NCBI GenBank assembly: GCA_964556645.1
Contig: CAZKXC010000002.1
Span: 14,496 to 78,495, forward strand
From: an uncultured Halobellus sp.
GTDB taxonomy: Archaea; Halobacteriota; Halobacteria; Halobacteriales; Haloferacaceae
Length of the DNA: 64,000 bases
Reading direction: 5' to 3'
Shown here: positions 1 through 10,176 of the stretch, one piece after another
Position numbering within the stretch: the stretch's first letter is position 1
Layout of the letters: every line of letters begins with the position of its first letter
The notes under the pieces: model-generated
What the model was told of the DNA's origin: nothing
The model's input: the letters and a program-made list of their open reading frames with translations, nothing else
The model's database searches: none
Translations under genes and position numbers: made by a program

Positions 1-60
1 GTCCTCGAAGACGCGGGGTACGTCTTCGACGAGGACGGGATGGTCCACTTCCCCGAGTGA
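1..60 (+). CDS. dppA: 3' end of a peptide ABC transporter substrate-binding protein (partial, runs off the left edge)
   Basis: Frame 1 reads VLEDAGYVFDEDGMVHFPE*, matching the C-terminus of the SBP at 28522-30291 (ILADAGYVWDGDGNLHYPE). It lies directly upstream of dppBCDF. Confidence 0.8.
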   Translation, partial: VLEDAGYVFDEDGMVHFPE

Positions 61-84
61 CCCCGGCTCAGTAGCACCACAACA

Positions 85-1062
85 ATGGGAAAAACCGAAT
101 TTTTCGTTCGACGGACGTTTCAGCTGGTCGTAACTCTCTGGGCAGTGGCCACGGCGTTGTTCATGCTCTTCCGGCTGATGCCCGGTGACCCCACCTCGTA
201 CATCATCTCCCCGCAGATGACGCCGGAGGTCCGGAGACGAATCATCGACAGCTACGGGCTGAACGATCCGTTGTGGGTACAGTACGTTCGCTACGTTCAG
301 AACCTCGCGACGTTCGACCTCGGTCGGTCGTTCAACACGAACGCGCAGGTGAGCGAGGTAATCATGACGTTCCTGCCGAACACGCTCGTGTTGATGTTGT
401 CGGCGTTCGTCATCGCGTACATCATCGGGATTACGCTCGGCGTGCTCACCGGCTGGTACCGGGGCAGCCGGTTCGAGAAGACGACCGTCTTCGGCGCGCT
501 CATCGGCCGGAGCTTCCCGACGTTCTGGGTCGGCATCATGGTCGTCTGGCTCTTCGGCGCGCAGCTCGGACTGCTCCCGCTGAGCGGGATGCGGAGCATG
601 GGGACGAACCCGAGCGGGTTCCTCGACACGGTGCTCTCGCTCGACTTCCTGTATCACCTGATCGGCCCCGCGTCGGTCCTCGCGTTCTACTACATGGGAT
701 ACCCGTTGTTGATCATGCGAAACAGCATGCTCGAAACCCTCTCGGAGGACTTCATCGAGATCTGCCGGGCGAAGGGGCTCTCCGAGGGAGCGATCATGTT
801 CAAACACGCGGCCCGCAACGCGATGTTGCCGGTGCTCACCGCCGCCGCTATCGCCGTCGGCTACGCCGTCGGGGGGAGCGTTCTCATCGAGACCGTCTTC
901 GGCTGGCCCGGCATCGGTCGTGAGATGATCCGGGCGGTGTTGCGGCGGGACTTCCCGGTCGCACAGGGGACGTTCCTGGTGTTGGCACTCGCCGTCGTGA
1001 TAATGAACTTCTTCGCGGACCTCATGTACGGCGTCTTAGACCCGAGAGTCACGTACGATTAA
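85..1062 (+). CDS. dppB: Peptide/nickel ABC transporter permease (DppB/OppB)
   Basis: N-terminal FRLMPGDP, EAA-loop region EDFIEICRAKGLSE, C-terminal ETVFGWPGIG...DPRV. Confidence 0.93.
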   Translation: MGKTEFFVRRTFQLVVTLWAVATALFMLFRLMPGDPTSYIISPQMTPEVRRRIIDSYGLNDPLWVQYVRYVQNLATFDLGRSFNTNAQVSEVIMTFLPNTLVLMLSAFVIAYIIGITLGVLTGWYRGSRFEKTTVFGALIGRSFPTFWVGIMVVWLFGAQLGLLPLSGMRSMGTNPSGFLDTVLSLDFLYHLIGPASVLAFYYMGYPLLIMRNSMLETLSEDFIEICRAKGLSEGAIMFKHAARNAMLPVLTAAAIAVGYAVGGSVLIETVFGWPGIGREMIRAVLRRDFPVAQGTFLVLALAVVIMNFFADLMYGVLDPRVTYD

Positions 1063-1064
1063 CA

Positions 1065-2039
1065 ATGAGTCAAAAGAAACAATCCATATTCGCGGAACTC
1101 GACGAGTACGAATCGGACGACGAGTTCAGCGCCTGGCAACGGAACGTCCGGCTCTGGAAGGAGACGCTCTCCGAACAGTGGGGGCTGCTCACCGACGACG
1201 GGCTCGTCGTCGCCGCGATGGCGGTTCTCGCGACGTTCGCGAGCATCGCCCTGTTGGCGCCGTACCTCGCGCCGCACAACCCGACCGAGCGGCTGTACCG
1301 CAACGACGTTCTGATCGCGCGGTGGCTCGAACCGTCGTTCCTCGGCGGCGAAGGCGGCTACGTCCTCGGGACGACGGCCGAGGGATACGGCATTCTGAGC
1401 CAGCTGATCTACGGCGCGCGGCCGGCGCTCATCGTCGGCATCGTCGCGGCGTTCATGACCGTCGGCATCGGCACGATGGTCGGGCTGACGGCCGGCTACT
1501 ACGGCGGCTACGTCGACGACTTCCTGATGCGGCTCGTGGACTTCGTCTACGGGCTCCCGCTTTTGCCGACCGCCATCGTGTTGGTCACGCTGCTCGGTCC
1601 GGGGCTCGACAGCATCATCTTCGCGTTCGTCATTCTCCAGTGGCGCACCTCCGCACGGGTGATCCGGTCGCAGGTTCTCTCGCTGCGCGAGCGCTCGTTC
1701 GTGAAAGCCGCGAAGGTGTCGGGAGCGAGCAACTGGCGGATCATCTCCAGACACATCGCTCCCAACATCCTGCCGATGGCGTTCCTCTACGGCGCGTTCG
1801 CGATCGCGTGGGCGATCCTGACCGAGGCGGGCGTCTCCTTCCTGGGTCTGGGCGACCCCGAGAGCGTCTCGTGGGGCGTGATGCTCCAGAACGCCCGGGT
1901 GTACAGCGCGATGACCGAGGGGACGTGGTGGTGGTTCATGCCGCCGGGCATCTGTATCGCCCTCGTCGTGATCAGCGGCTTCCTGATCGGCCGCGGCTAC
2001 GAGGAGATCGTGAATCCGGAACTCCAAGCAGGCACATGA
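1065..2039 (+). CDS. dppC: Peptide ABC transporter permease (DppC/OppC)
   Basis: LGTT...SQLIYGAR, ARVIRSQVLSLRERSFVKAA, SFLGLGDP..SWG, WWW..PPG. Confidence 0.93.
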   Translation: MSQKKQSIFAELDEYESDDEFSAWQRNVRLWKETLSEQWGLLTDDGLVVAAMAVLATFASIALLAPYLAPHNPTERLYRNDVLIARWLEPSFLGGEGGYVLGTTAEGYGILSQLIYGARPALIVGIVAAFMTVGIGTMVGLTAGYYGGYVDDFLMRLVDFVYGLPLLPTAIVLVTLLGPGLDSIIFAFVILQWRTSARVIRSQVLSLRERSFVKAAKVSGASNWRIISRHIAPNILPMAFLYGAFAIAWAILTEAGVSFLGLGDPESVSWGVMLQNARVYSAMTEGTWWWFMPPGICIALVVISGFLIGRGYEEIVNPELQAGT

Positions 2040-2067
2040 TATCCATGACACATCGAGGTGCGTTCTG

Positions 2068-3096
2068 ATGGCAATGCTCGAAGTGAACGATCTGGAAGTC
2101 TACTACGAGACCGAACACGGCTCGGTCAAGGCCGTCGACGGCGTGAGCTTCGAGATCGAGAAGGGAGAAAACCTCGGCATCGTCGGGGAATCCGGCTGTG
2201 GAAAAAGCACCCTCGCGAAGGCGATCATCGGTATCCTCCCGAAAAACGGCTACATCAACGGCGGCGAGATCCTCTTCGAGGGAGAAGACCTCACGGAACT
2301 CCCCGAGAAGCGCCGCCGAAAGCTCCGGTGGGCCGAGATCTCGATGATCGCCCAGTCGGCGATGAACGCCCTCGATCCGGTGTACACAATCAGAGAACAG
2401 ATCCTGGAGGCGATCGACACCCACAAGCCCGACATGGGCCGAACCGCGGCTCAAGACCGCATCGACGAGATGTTCGAACTCGTCGGGCTCGACGTCGAGC
2501 GACAGACGGATTATCCACACCAGTTCTCCGGCGGGATGCGCCAGCGGGCCATGATCGCGATGGCGCTCGTGCTCGAACCCTCGCTCATCCTGGCCGACGA
2601 GCCGACGACCGCGCTCGACGTGATCATGCAAGACCAGATCCTCAAACGGATCAGCAGCATCCAAGACGAGGTCCAGTCGTCGATGATGGTGATCACACAC
2701 GACGTCGCGGTCGTCGCGGAGACGTGTGACCGCGTGGTGGTGATGTACGCGGGACACGTCGCCGAGGAGGGGCCGGCCGCGGACATCTTCAACAACCCGT
2801 ATCACCCGTACACCATCGGGCTGAAGAGCGCGTTCCCGAACATTCAGAAGTCCGAACAAGACCTCGTCAGCATCAGCGGCCATCCGCCGGATCTCCAGAA
2901 CCCGCCCGACGGCTGTCGGTTCGCCGAGCGGTGTCCGATGGCGACGGACGAGTGCCGCGAGGTCGAGCCGCCGGCGGTGGTCAACGGCGACTTGCGCTCG
3001 TACTGTCACCACGTCGACAGAGTCGACGCCGAGCTTCGCCCGGTGGCCAACGAGGCGCGCACGTGGAAGAACGCCGAGGAGGTGGCCGATGACTGA
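2068..3096 (+). CDS. dppD: Peptide ABC transporter ATP-binding protein (DppD/OppD)
   Basis: Walker A GESGCGKS, YPHQFSGGMRQR, ADEPTTALD, oligo_HPY tail (HPYT, CRFAERC). GAGGTG Shine-Dalgarno-like sequence upstream. Confidence 0.95.
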   Translation: MAMLEVNDLEVYYETEHGSVKAVDGVSFEIEKGENLGIVGESGCGKSTLAKAIIGILPKNGYINGGEILFEGEDLTELPEKRRRKLRWAEISMIAQSAMNALDPVYTIREQILEAIDTHKPDMGRTAAQDRIDEMFELVGLDVERQTDYPHQFSGGMRQRAMIAMALVLEPSLILADEPTTALDVIMQDQILKRISSIQDEVQSSMMVITHDVAVVAETCDRVVVMYAGHVAEEGPAADIFNNPYHPYTIGLKSAFPNIQKSEQDLVSISGHPPDLQNPPDGCRFAERCPMATDECREVEPPAVVNGDLRSYCHHVDRVDAELRPVANEARTWKNAEEVADD

Positions 3097-4156
3097 CGAC
3101 ACGCTCATCGAGGTCGAGAACCTGAAAAAGTACTTCGACGTCGAAAGCGGGCTGGTGAACGACGTGATGAACCGGATCCGCGGCCAGGCGGCCGACCGGG
3201 TCCACGCGGTCGACGGCGTCTCCTTCCGGCTCCGAGAGGGCGAGACGTTCGGCATCGCCGGCGAGTCCGGCTGTGGAAAAACCACGACCGGAATGTGTCT
3301 CGCGAAGCTGTACGACCCGACGGACGGCAGCATCTACTACGACGGCGAGGATATCGCCGACAAGTCCGGCGCCGAGCTCGCCAGCTTCCGGCAGAACGCA
3401 CAGATGATCTTCCAGGACCCGTTCGAGAGCCTCAACCCGCGGATGACGGTGTACGACACCGTCGCCGAGCCGCTCCGGATCCACGACGTGCCGAACCAGC
3501 GCGCGAAGGTCCGCCGCGCGCTCGAGTTCGCCGAGCTTCTGCCCGCCGACCAGTTCTTCGACCAGTATCCACACGAGCTCTCCGGCGGACAGCGGCAACG
3601 GCTCGCGATCGCGCGGGCGCTGGTCATCGACCCGGACTTCATCGTCGCCGACGAGCCCGTCTCGATGCTGGACGTGAGCCTCCGTGCGGGCGTGTTGTCG
3701 CTTCTCGAGCGCATGACCGACGAGTTCGGCCTGTCGGTCGTCTACATCAGCCACGACCTCTCGCTTCTCAGACACATGTGCGACCGGATCGCCATCATGT
3801 ACATGGGGACCATGGTGGAGAAGGGGCCGACAGAGGATATCGTCACGGACCCGAAACACCCGTACACGCGGTCGCTCATCGACGCGGTTCCGGTGCCGGA
3901 TCCCGGCACGGGCCGCGAGCGCGTCGAACTGAAAGGCGAGGTCGGCGACGCGATCAACATCCCGACCGGTTGTCGGTTCAAGAACCGGTGTGAGGAGTAC
4001 ATCGGCGACGTCTGTGACACCGTCTCGCCGCCGCTCGAGGCGAAGTCGGACATCGACGACGACCGCGACGTCGCGTGTCACCTGTACGAGAGCGCCGAGG
4101 AGTTCGACCCATACGCCGAGGCCGACGCCGCTCCCCAAGGCGGCGCTACCGACTAG
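3089..4156 (+). CDS. dppF: Peptide ABC transporter ATP-binding protein (DppF/OppF)
   Basis: GESGCGKT, QMIFQDP, YPHELSGGQRQR, ADEPVSMLD, HPYT, CRFKNRC, VACH. Overlaps the dppD stop. Confidence 0.95.
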   Translation: MTDDTLIEVENLKKYFDVESGLVNDVMNRIRGQAADRVHAVDGVSFRLREGETFGIAGESGCGKTTTGMCLAKLYDPTDGSIYYDGEDIADKSGAELASFRQNAQMIFQDPFESLNPRMTVYDTVAEPLRIHDVPNQRAKVRRALEFAELLPADQFFDQYPHELSGGQRQRLAIARALVIDPDFIVADEPVSMLDVSLRAGVLSLLERMTDEFGLSVVYISHDLSLLRHMCDRIAIMYMGTMVEKGPTEDIVTDPKHPYTRSLIDAVPVPDPGTGRERVELKGEVGDAINIPTGCRFKNRCEEYIGDVCDTVSPPLEAKSDIDDDRDVACHLYESAEEFDPYAEADAAPQGGATD

Positions 4157-4186
4157 GGCCCGTCTCTACTCCGCGCCGTTCGTCCG

Positions 4187-4417
4187 TCACCTGCGGTCCC
4201 GCTCGTCGACGTTCGACTCCGCCTGTGCTGCCCGTCTCGCGTCGGCGAGCCGACGGCGATACTCCCAGTAGCCGCCGACCACGAACAACACGGCCAGCAC
4301 CAGTCCCGTCGCCGCGGTGTCCTGATACCAGAACCACCCGACGGCGGCCGCCGCCGCCAACACCGACAGCCCGAACGTCACCTTCGCGCGGGCTCTGACC
4401 CGGTTGACATCGACCAT
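4187..4417 (-). CDS. Small hypothetical membrane protein (about 76 aa, 2 TM)
   Basis: MVDVNRVRARAKVTFGLSVLAAAAAVGWFW...; two hydrophobic segments and a charged tail; TTATAT on the minus strand about 25 nt upstream. Confidence 0.65.
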   Translation of the reverse strand: MVDVNRVRARAKVTFGLSVLAAAAAVGWFWYQDTAATGLVLAVLFVVGGYWEYRRRLADARRAAQAESNVDERDRR

Positions 4418-4474
4418 TGACGGAACATCACACGGCACGCATATAATCCGTGCTCCCGTCTCCGCCGGATCGTC

Positions 4475-5863
4475 TCAGTCGTCCGCCCAGGGCCACGACC
4501 GGTCGTCGCCCCACGGCCAGGAGCCGGTCGCTTTCATCCCGACGTCGTACCCCTCGTCGATCGTCTGGTCTCTGATCGCGTCGGCAGCCCGGTTCTCGAC
4601 GGGGCGGTCGGCCTCGGCGAGCTTGGCGACGCCGGCGGCACACAACACCGACACGTCACGCAGGTCGCGCTTGTCGAGTTTGTCGAGCGTGTCGCCGTGG
4701 GTGTGCCCCCAGCCGCGGCCGCTCTCCTCGGACCGCGTGCGGCCCTGCGCCGCGGCGACGCCGCGCTGGACGAACGGCCAGTGGTCGCTGTGTGGCCGGA
4801 GGCCGTCCTCGACGTCGACCGGCACGCCGAACTCGTCGCTCACCTCCTCGAACGCCTCGCCGATCGCGTCGAACCCGTGCGGATACACCACGAGGTTTCG
4901 CGAGTAGCCGGCGCCGTCGACGTTCACCACACACTTCACGCGGTCGAGGTCGTGCGTCTGTGCCCAGTGGTACGAGCCGTAGAGCCCGGTTTCTTCGGCG
5001 CCGAAGACGACGAGCCGCACGCGGGTTTCCAGCTCCGACTCGACCGCCGCGAGGATCCGGGCGACGCCGACGACCAGCGCCGACCCGAATCCGTTGTCGT
5101 TCGATCCGGTGCCGACGTCGTGGGCGTCGACGTGGGCGGTGTACAACACCTCCTCGTCGGTGTCCGGCCCGACGACGCCCTCGACGGTGACCGAACTCGC
5201 CGGTCCGGTTCGGGTCTCGACCGACAGGGTGGCCTCGACTCCTCCGTCTCCGTCGGTCGCGTCGCAGTGACGACTGAGCCGGGTGCCGACCTCCTTGCTG
5301 AGTCCCACCGCGGGGATCGGGCCCGGGCCGTCGGTGTCGCCGATGCTGCCGGTCGGCGGCAGCGCCCCCTCGATGTGGTTGTAGAACAGAAACGCCTCGG
5401 CGCCCGACTCGGCGGCGTAGCTGTACTTCTCGCCGCGGTGGACCCAGCGTCCGTACTCGTCTGGCGTCAGACTCGACGCCATCGCGATCGATCCGGAGAG
5501 GTCGACGTCCTCGAAGTCCTCCGGGAGTCCGTACCCCATGTCGACGACCTCGCCGGTCACCTCGCCCGAGGGGCTCCCCGGCAGCGCGACCAGCTCGTGG
5601 GTGCCGTCGAACGTGCTCGTTCGGTCGCCGTACGCGACCGCTAACGACGCGTCCTCGCGCCACCAGCCCGGAATCGAAAACGGCGTCTGGGTGACGTCCG
5701 CGAGTCCGGCCGTCTCGAACGCCTCGGCGATCGCGTCCGCCCCGCGGGCCTCGCCCTCGTGACCGGGCATTCTGTCGTCGAGGTCCGAGAGTTCGGTCAA
5801 CAGTTCCCATCCGGCCGTGTCGGTGTACGCGTTTCCGATCGCCTCCGGCGGTATGCTCGTCAT
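4475..5863 (-). CDS. M28 family aminopeptidase with PA domain (probably cytoplasmic)
   Basis: Zn-ligand motifs AHVD, NDNGFG, AEETG, NVD and SDH. Start moved to MTSIPPE because the ORF-track extension overlaps lhr. No signal peptide. Confidence 0.88.
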   Translation of the reverse strand: MTSIPPEAIGNAYTDTAGWELLTELSDLDDRMPGHEGEARGADAIAEAFETAGLADVTQTPFSIPGWWREDASLAVAYGDRTSTFDGTHELVALPGSPSGEVTGEVVDMGYGLPEDFEDVDLSGSIAMASSLTPDEYGRWVHRGEKYSYAAESGAEAFLFYNHIEGALPPTGSIGDTDGPGPIPAVGLSKEVGTRLSRHCDATDGDGGVEATLSVETRTGPASSVTVEGVVGPDTDEEVLYTAHVDAHDVGTGSNDNGFGSALVVGVARILAAVESELETRVRLVVFGAEETGLYGSYHWAQTHDLDRVKCVVNVDGAGYSRNLVVYPHGFDAIGEAFEEVSDEFGVPVDVEDGLRPHSDHWPFVQRGVAAAQGRTRSEESGRGWGHTHGDTLDKLDKRDLRDVSVLCAAGVAKLAEADRPVENRAADAIRDQTIDEGYDVGMKATGSWPWGDDRSWPWADD

Positions 5864-5931
5864 GCTACTACGCTGCCGGGGAAGCAGCATCATCGTTCGG
5901 GAAGCGGCGGACGCCGCCGTCGCCGGCGCCG

Positions 5932-8844
5932 TCAGTCCCAAAACGACTGTGTTCGGGCGTACTCGCGCTCCTGTCGCAACACGTCGCGGTAGAACTCCGC
6001 CTCGTCTTCGCGCAGTTTGTTGATGATCCGGGCGGCGTTGTGCGGCCCGACGCCGCGGGCGGCCATCGCGATCACCGCGCGCTTCCCGTGGGTCTGGACC
6101 AGGCTCGCGGCCCGATGGGCGCGCTCGGTGCGCCGCTCCTGTTCGTCGTCCTTCTGTGCGGCCCGGACCGCGGCGAGCGTCTCGTCGTCCCACGGGTTCA
6201 ACGAGGCGATCCGCGTCGAGCCGCACTCGGGACACTCCGGCTGGTCGCGGACCCGCCGGACCGTGGTGGTTCGGTCCCACTCCGTGCAGTGGAGACAAAA
6301 CAGGATCACGCGGTCGTTTCGGATGCGTTCACGCACCGTCTCGATCACGTCGGCGTCGGCGTTTTCGGGCACGAGAAACTCCGTGCCGGCCGACCGGCCG
6401 GCGGTTCCGAGCGGCGTTCGTTCTCGGGCGGTCGCGAGCCCGATCGCGGCCGACTGGATGCGGTCGAGCACCGTCGCGGTCGACTCGACCGCGAGGTCGG
6501 CGTGAAACACCTCACGAAGCGCCTCCTCGTAGACGGGCGTCCCGTCTAAGGCGGCGAGCAGGCGGTCGCCGCCGAACCGCCCGCGACCCTCTCGGTAGCG
6601 TTTGACCGACCCGAACTTCGCTGCGACCTGCGCGAGGGTGAACTTCAACGCGTCGGAGTTTTTCAACGCGATCTCGAGATACGCCTCCACCCCCGCCGGG
6701 TCGGTCGTCTCGAGCACCTCGCGGAACGTCCCCGGCGTGACCCCGGTCGGCACCTCGAACTCGATCCGGTACGGGTCGACGTCCATCCCCACCGACGACC
6801 CCGTGCGTTGGCCGACGAGCGCGGCGAGCAGGCGCGCGAGCGTCTCGTTTACCGCGTGGCCGAACGCCGCGTTGACCGCGACCGTCCGCGCGCTGGCCTC
6901 GATCACGACCCGCTCGTCGGTGGGGACGGGATGGCCGGCCTCGACGTGGTCGGCGACCGTCTCGATCGCCGCCGCGATCGTCCGCTCGTCGGCCGGATAC
7001 CGGTCGGCCAGGTCGCCGGCGACCGCCTCCGGCGTCGCGCCCGCGTCGAGCGCCTCGGCGACCTCGCCGCGAAGCCGGCCGACCTCCTCGGCGACGGGTC
7101 GGGGAACGGGAATCTCCTGGCCGATCCACGACGGCACCTCTCCGGCGGGGTCTTCGATCGGCGTGACCTCGACGCGCTCGTCCTCCTCGTCGACCTCCGT
7201 GATTCGCCACATCTCGCCGCGCTGGATGAACGTCTCGCCCGGCCCGGCGAAGTTGACGACGAACCGCTCGTCGAGCGTTCCGATCCCTCGCCGCGAGGAC
7301 ATGTCGTACACCTCGTACGTCGACTCGTCGGGGATCATCGAGAGGTTGGCGTAGAAGTACTGCCAGGTGCCGCCCGACTTCTCGAGCGTGTCGGACTCCT
7401 CGTCGAGCCACACCAGGCGGTTCCCGTCGAGCTCGCGAACGACCTCCTGAAACGCCGGCTCAGAGAGGTCGCGGAAGGGATACGCGCTCGTGACCGTCGC
7501 GTACGCCTCCCGCGCGTGGACCTCGCCGTCGTCCATCACGACACCGACGATCTGGTTGGCCACCGTGTCCAGGCTGCCGTGGTGGATCGCGGCGGGCTCG
7601 ACGAGCCCTTCGCCGGCCCGCCGGGCGATCGCCATCGCCTCCAGCGTGTCGTCGCCGCCCTGAGTCACGACGGTCCCCTCGGACACCAGGTCTCGCCGGT
7701 GGCCAGCCCGCCCGATCCGTTGGAGCAGTCGGGCGACCTCGCGGGGACTCCCGTACTGAACCACGTGGTCGACCCGCCCCACGTCGATGCCGAGCTCCAT
7801 CGACGACGTGCAGACGAGCCCGTCGACCGCGCCCGACTTGAACCGGTCCTCGACGTCGACGCGCACCTCCTTCGAGAGCGAGCCGTGGTGGATCTCGATC
7901 GTGACCGGGTCGTCGCCGTCCGCTCGCTCGCGCTCGGCGAGCGTTTTGAACCGCGAGCCGAGCGCCTCCGCGGTTTGCCGCGTGTTGACGAAGATCAGCG
8001 TCGACTCGTGTTCTCGGACCGTCTCGCGGATCGCGCGAACGTGGCTGGCGGTGGTCTCGTCGACCGCGAGCTCGCCGGCGAGCCGCGAGTCGCGGTCCGT
8101 GATCTTCGGGTCGAGCACCCGCACGTCGGTCCGCGCTCCGGCGGCGACCTCGACGGTTTCGAACGTCCGGTCGCCGGGCCGGTCCGGGTCGCGGCGACCA
8201 CAGCCGACCAGGAATCGCCCCACCTCTTCGGGCGATCCCACCGTGGCGCTCAGCCCGATCCGCTGGAACGGTCCCGCGACCCGCCGGAGGCGTTCGAGCC
8301 CCACGGTGAGCTGGGCTCCCCGCTTTGCCGACGCCAGCTCGTGTACCTCGTCGACGACGACGTGTGCGACGTCGGCGAGCCCCTCGCGCATCTTCGAGCC
8401 CGTCAGGATCGCCTGAAGGCTCTCCGGCGTGGTGATGAGCACGTCCGGCGGGTCGTCCGCCTGTTTCGACCGCTCGTACTGGGTGGTGTCGCCGTGACGC
8501 ACCGCGACCTCGACGTCGAGCCGGTCGCCCCACCACTCCAGCCGGTCCATCATGTCGCGGTTGAGCGCGCGAAGCGGCGTGATGTAGAGCGCGGAGATGC
8601 CCGCTCGCGGCTCGTCGCCGGGCGACGCCCGCGCGTCGTGTATCGCGTCGAAGACGGGCAACATCGCGGTCTCCGTCTTTCCGGTGCCCGTCGGGGCCAA
8701 CACGAGCGCGTTCTGTCCGGCCGAAAGCGGCGGGATGGCCTTCCGTTGTGGCTCCGTCGGCGTGGTGAACCCGCGGTCGGAAAGCGCCTCTCTGAGGTCC
8801 GCTCCGAGGTGAGTGAACGCGTTCATTCCCGACGGCTCCGACAT
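5932..8844 (-). CDS. lhr: Lhr-family SF2 ATP-dependent helicase
   Basis: APTGTGKT, YITPLRALNRD, DEVHE, LSAT, HHGSLS, ELGIDVG, QRIGRAGHR; C-terminal CLHC...CPEC. Confidence 0.93.
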   Translation of the reverse strand: MSEPSGMNAFTHLGADLREALSDRGFTTPTEPQRKAIPPLSAGQNALVLAPTGTGKTETAMLPVFDAIHDARASPGDEPRAGISALYITPLRALNRDMMDRLEWWGDRLDVEVAVRHGDTTQYERSKQADDPPDVLITTPESLQAILTGSKMREGLADVAHVVVDEVHELASAKRGAQLTVGLERLRRVAGPFQRIGLSATVGSPEEVGRFLVGCGRRDPDRPGDRTFETVEVAAGARTDVRVLDPKITDRDSRLAGELAVDETTASHVRAIRETVREHESTLIFVNTRQTAEALGSRFKTLAERERADGDDPVTIEIHHGSLSKEVRVDVEDRFKSGAVDGLVCTSSMELGIDVGRVDHVVQYGSPREVARLLQRIGRAGHRRDLVSEGTVVTQGGDDTLEAMAIARRAGEGLVEPAAIHHGSLDTVANQIVGVVMDDGEVHAREAYATVTSAYPFRDLSEPAFQEVVRELDGNRLVWLDEESDTLEKSGGTWQYFYANLSMIPDESTYEVYDMSSRRGIGTLDERFVVNFAGPGETFIQRGEMWRITEVDEEDERVEVTPIEDPAGEVPSWIGQEIPVPRPVAEEVGRLRGEVAEALDAGATPEAVAGDLADRYPADERTIAAAIETVADHVEAGHPVPTDERVVIEASARTVAVNAAFGHAVNETLARLLAALVGQRTGSSVGMDVDPYRIEFEVPTGVTPGTFREVLETTDPAGVEAYLEIALKNSDALKFTLAQVAAKFGSVKRYREGRGRFGGDRLLAALDGTPVYEEALREVFHADLAVESTATVLDRIQSAAIGLATARERTPLGTAGRSAGTEFLVPENADADVIETVRERIRNDRVILFCLHCTEWDRTTTVRRVRDQPECPECGSTRIASLNPWDDETLAAVRAAQKDDEQERRTERAHRAASLVQTHGKRAVIAMAARGVGPHNAARIINKLREDEAEFYRDVLRQEREYARTQSFWD

Positions 8845-8997
8845 CGTCGGACGTTGGGCGTTCGGGCGATTAAGCCCGTCGCTGTGCGAGCGGTCTCCGC
8901 GCTCGTCAGCGGCGGAGCCGTCCTTCGACCCGTCGGATCCGCCCGCAGCCCCGCCGCCCGGAGCGCCGTTTCGGCCGGCGGTACCCGTCCCGTCTCG

Positions 8998-10023
8998 TCA
9001 CTGAAGCGCCATCACCTGCTCGACCTTCGACGCCGGGAGGTTTCGGCCGGTGACGGGAATCGCGACGGTCTTGCCCGCGAGTTCGTCGCGCAGCTCGTCC
9101 AAGATGGCGAACGGCGGCGCACACGCTCCCTCCATCATGATGCGTTCTTCGCTGAACATCGCGGCGACCGTCTCCACGATCGCCTCCTCGCTGACGGTGT
9201 ACATCTCGTCTAGCTGCTCGCGCATCACCCTCACCGGCAGGGCGTACGGAACCCGCGCGGCGATCCCGTCGGCGAAGGTGTTCGCCTCGTCTTGGGGGGT
9301 GAGCTCGCCCGTCCGCCAGGCCTGATAGGCGGCGTCCACGCTGGCGGCCTGGACGCCGATCACGTCGGCGTCGGTGACGCTCCCGACCGACAGGGGGTAT
9401 CCGGCGCCGATGCTGCCGGCCCCGACCGGGCCGAGAACCACGTCGACCTCGGGCAGCGCCTCGGCGATCTCGAGGCCGGCGGTTCCGGTGCCGGCCATCA
9501 CCAGCCGCTCGTTCCCGGGATGGACGTATCGGTACCCCTCATCGGCGGCGAGGTCGGCGGCCCACTCCGCGGAGTCGTCGTAGTCGTCGCCGACGACCTT
9601 GATGCGGCCGCCGAGACGCTCGATTCCGTCGATCCGATTCTGGCCGGTCCCCTCGGGGACGGCGACGACCGCCTCGGTGTCGAACCAGCGGGCAGCCTGT
9701 GCGAGGGCGCGGCCGTAGTTGCCGGTGCTCGCCGTCACGACCCCCTGATCCCGGAACGCCTCGTCTAGCTCGGCCAGAACGGTCGCCACGCCGCGGATCT
9801 TGAACGACCCAGTCGGGAGGGTGTCCTCGCGTTTCAGGTACACGTCGGCGTCGTACTCGCGTGACAGCCACTCGCTTCTGACGAGCGGCGTCTCCGGGAG
9901 GTGATCACGGAGCGTCCGCCGCGCCCGGTAGACGTCGGCCGTCGTCGGCGGCGTGAGGTCGTGATACTCGAAGACGGTCGAGGCGTCCGGGGAGTCGACG
10001 CGCTGATACTCGGGCTGTGACAT
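8998..10023 (-). CDS. PLP-dependent serine/threonine dehydratase (ammonia-lyase/racemase family), no ACT domain
   Basis: YLKREDTLPTGSFKIRG with the PLP lysine, ASTGNYG, TFADGIA, TGRN. Confidence 0.85.
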   Translation of the reverse strand: MSQPEYQRVDSPDASTVFEYHDLTPPTTADVYRARRTLRDHLPETPLVRSEWLSREYDADVYLKREDTLPTGSFKIRGVATVLAELDEAFRDQGVVTASTGNYGRALAQAARWFDTEAVVAVPEGTGQNRIDGIERLGGRIKVVGDDYDDSAEWAADLAADEGYRYVHPGNERLVMAGTGTAGLEIAEALPEVDVVLGPVGAGSIGAGYPLSVGSVTDADVIGVQAASVDAAYQAWRTGELTPQDEANTFADGIAARVPYALPVRVMREQLDEMYTVSEEAIVETVAAMFSEERIMMEGACAPPFAILDELRDELAGKTVAIPVTGRNLPASKVEQVMALQ

Positions 10024-10176
10024 ACCCTGACTCCATACTCGAGCATCCTGAAGCTATCCCTCGCGGCCCGGCGCCGACGCCGACCCGCAGTGCCGCCCGA
10101 GTATCACCGGTGAAACTCGGTGCGACGTACTCAAGTGTGGCTCCCGCGTCCTCTCGATCATGTGGGGTCTCACGCG

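Noticed and set aside
4475-6298. ORF-track N-terminal extensions (also for dppD2, hisE, pdxT, trxA, MATE, GGCT, the ABC-2 permease and the Pta-like gene)
   Set aside because: The extensions overlap neighbouring genes and lack family similarity. Starts were reassigned using motifs, coupling and TATA spacing.
5932-8844. Lhr as part of an anti-phage defence island
   Set aside because: No nuclease, methylase or other defence genes are adjacent and GC is host-like, consistent with a housekeeping archaeal Lhr.
6808-9213. 801-aa plus-strand ORF, and similar ones at 28492-30384, 32416-34329 and 41571-43628
   Set aside because: Antisense to well-supported genes.
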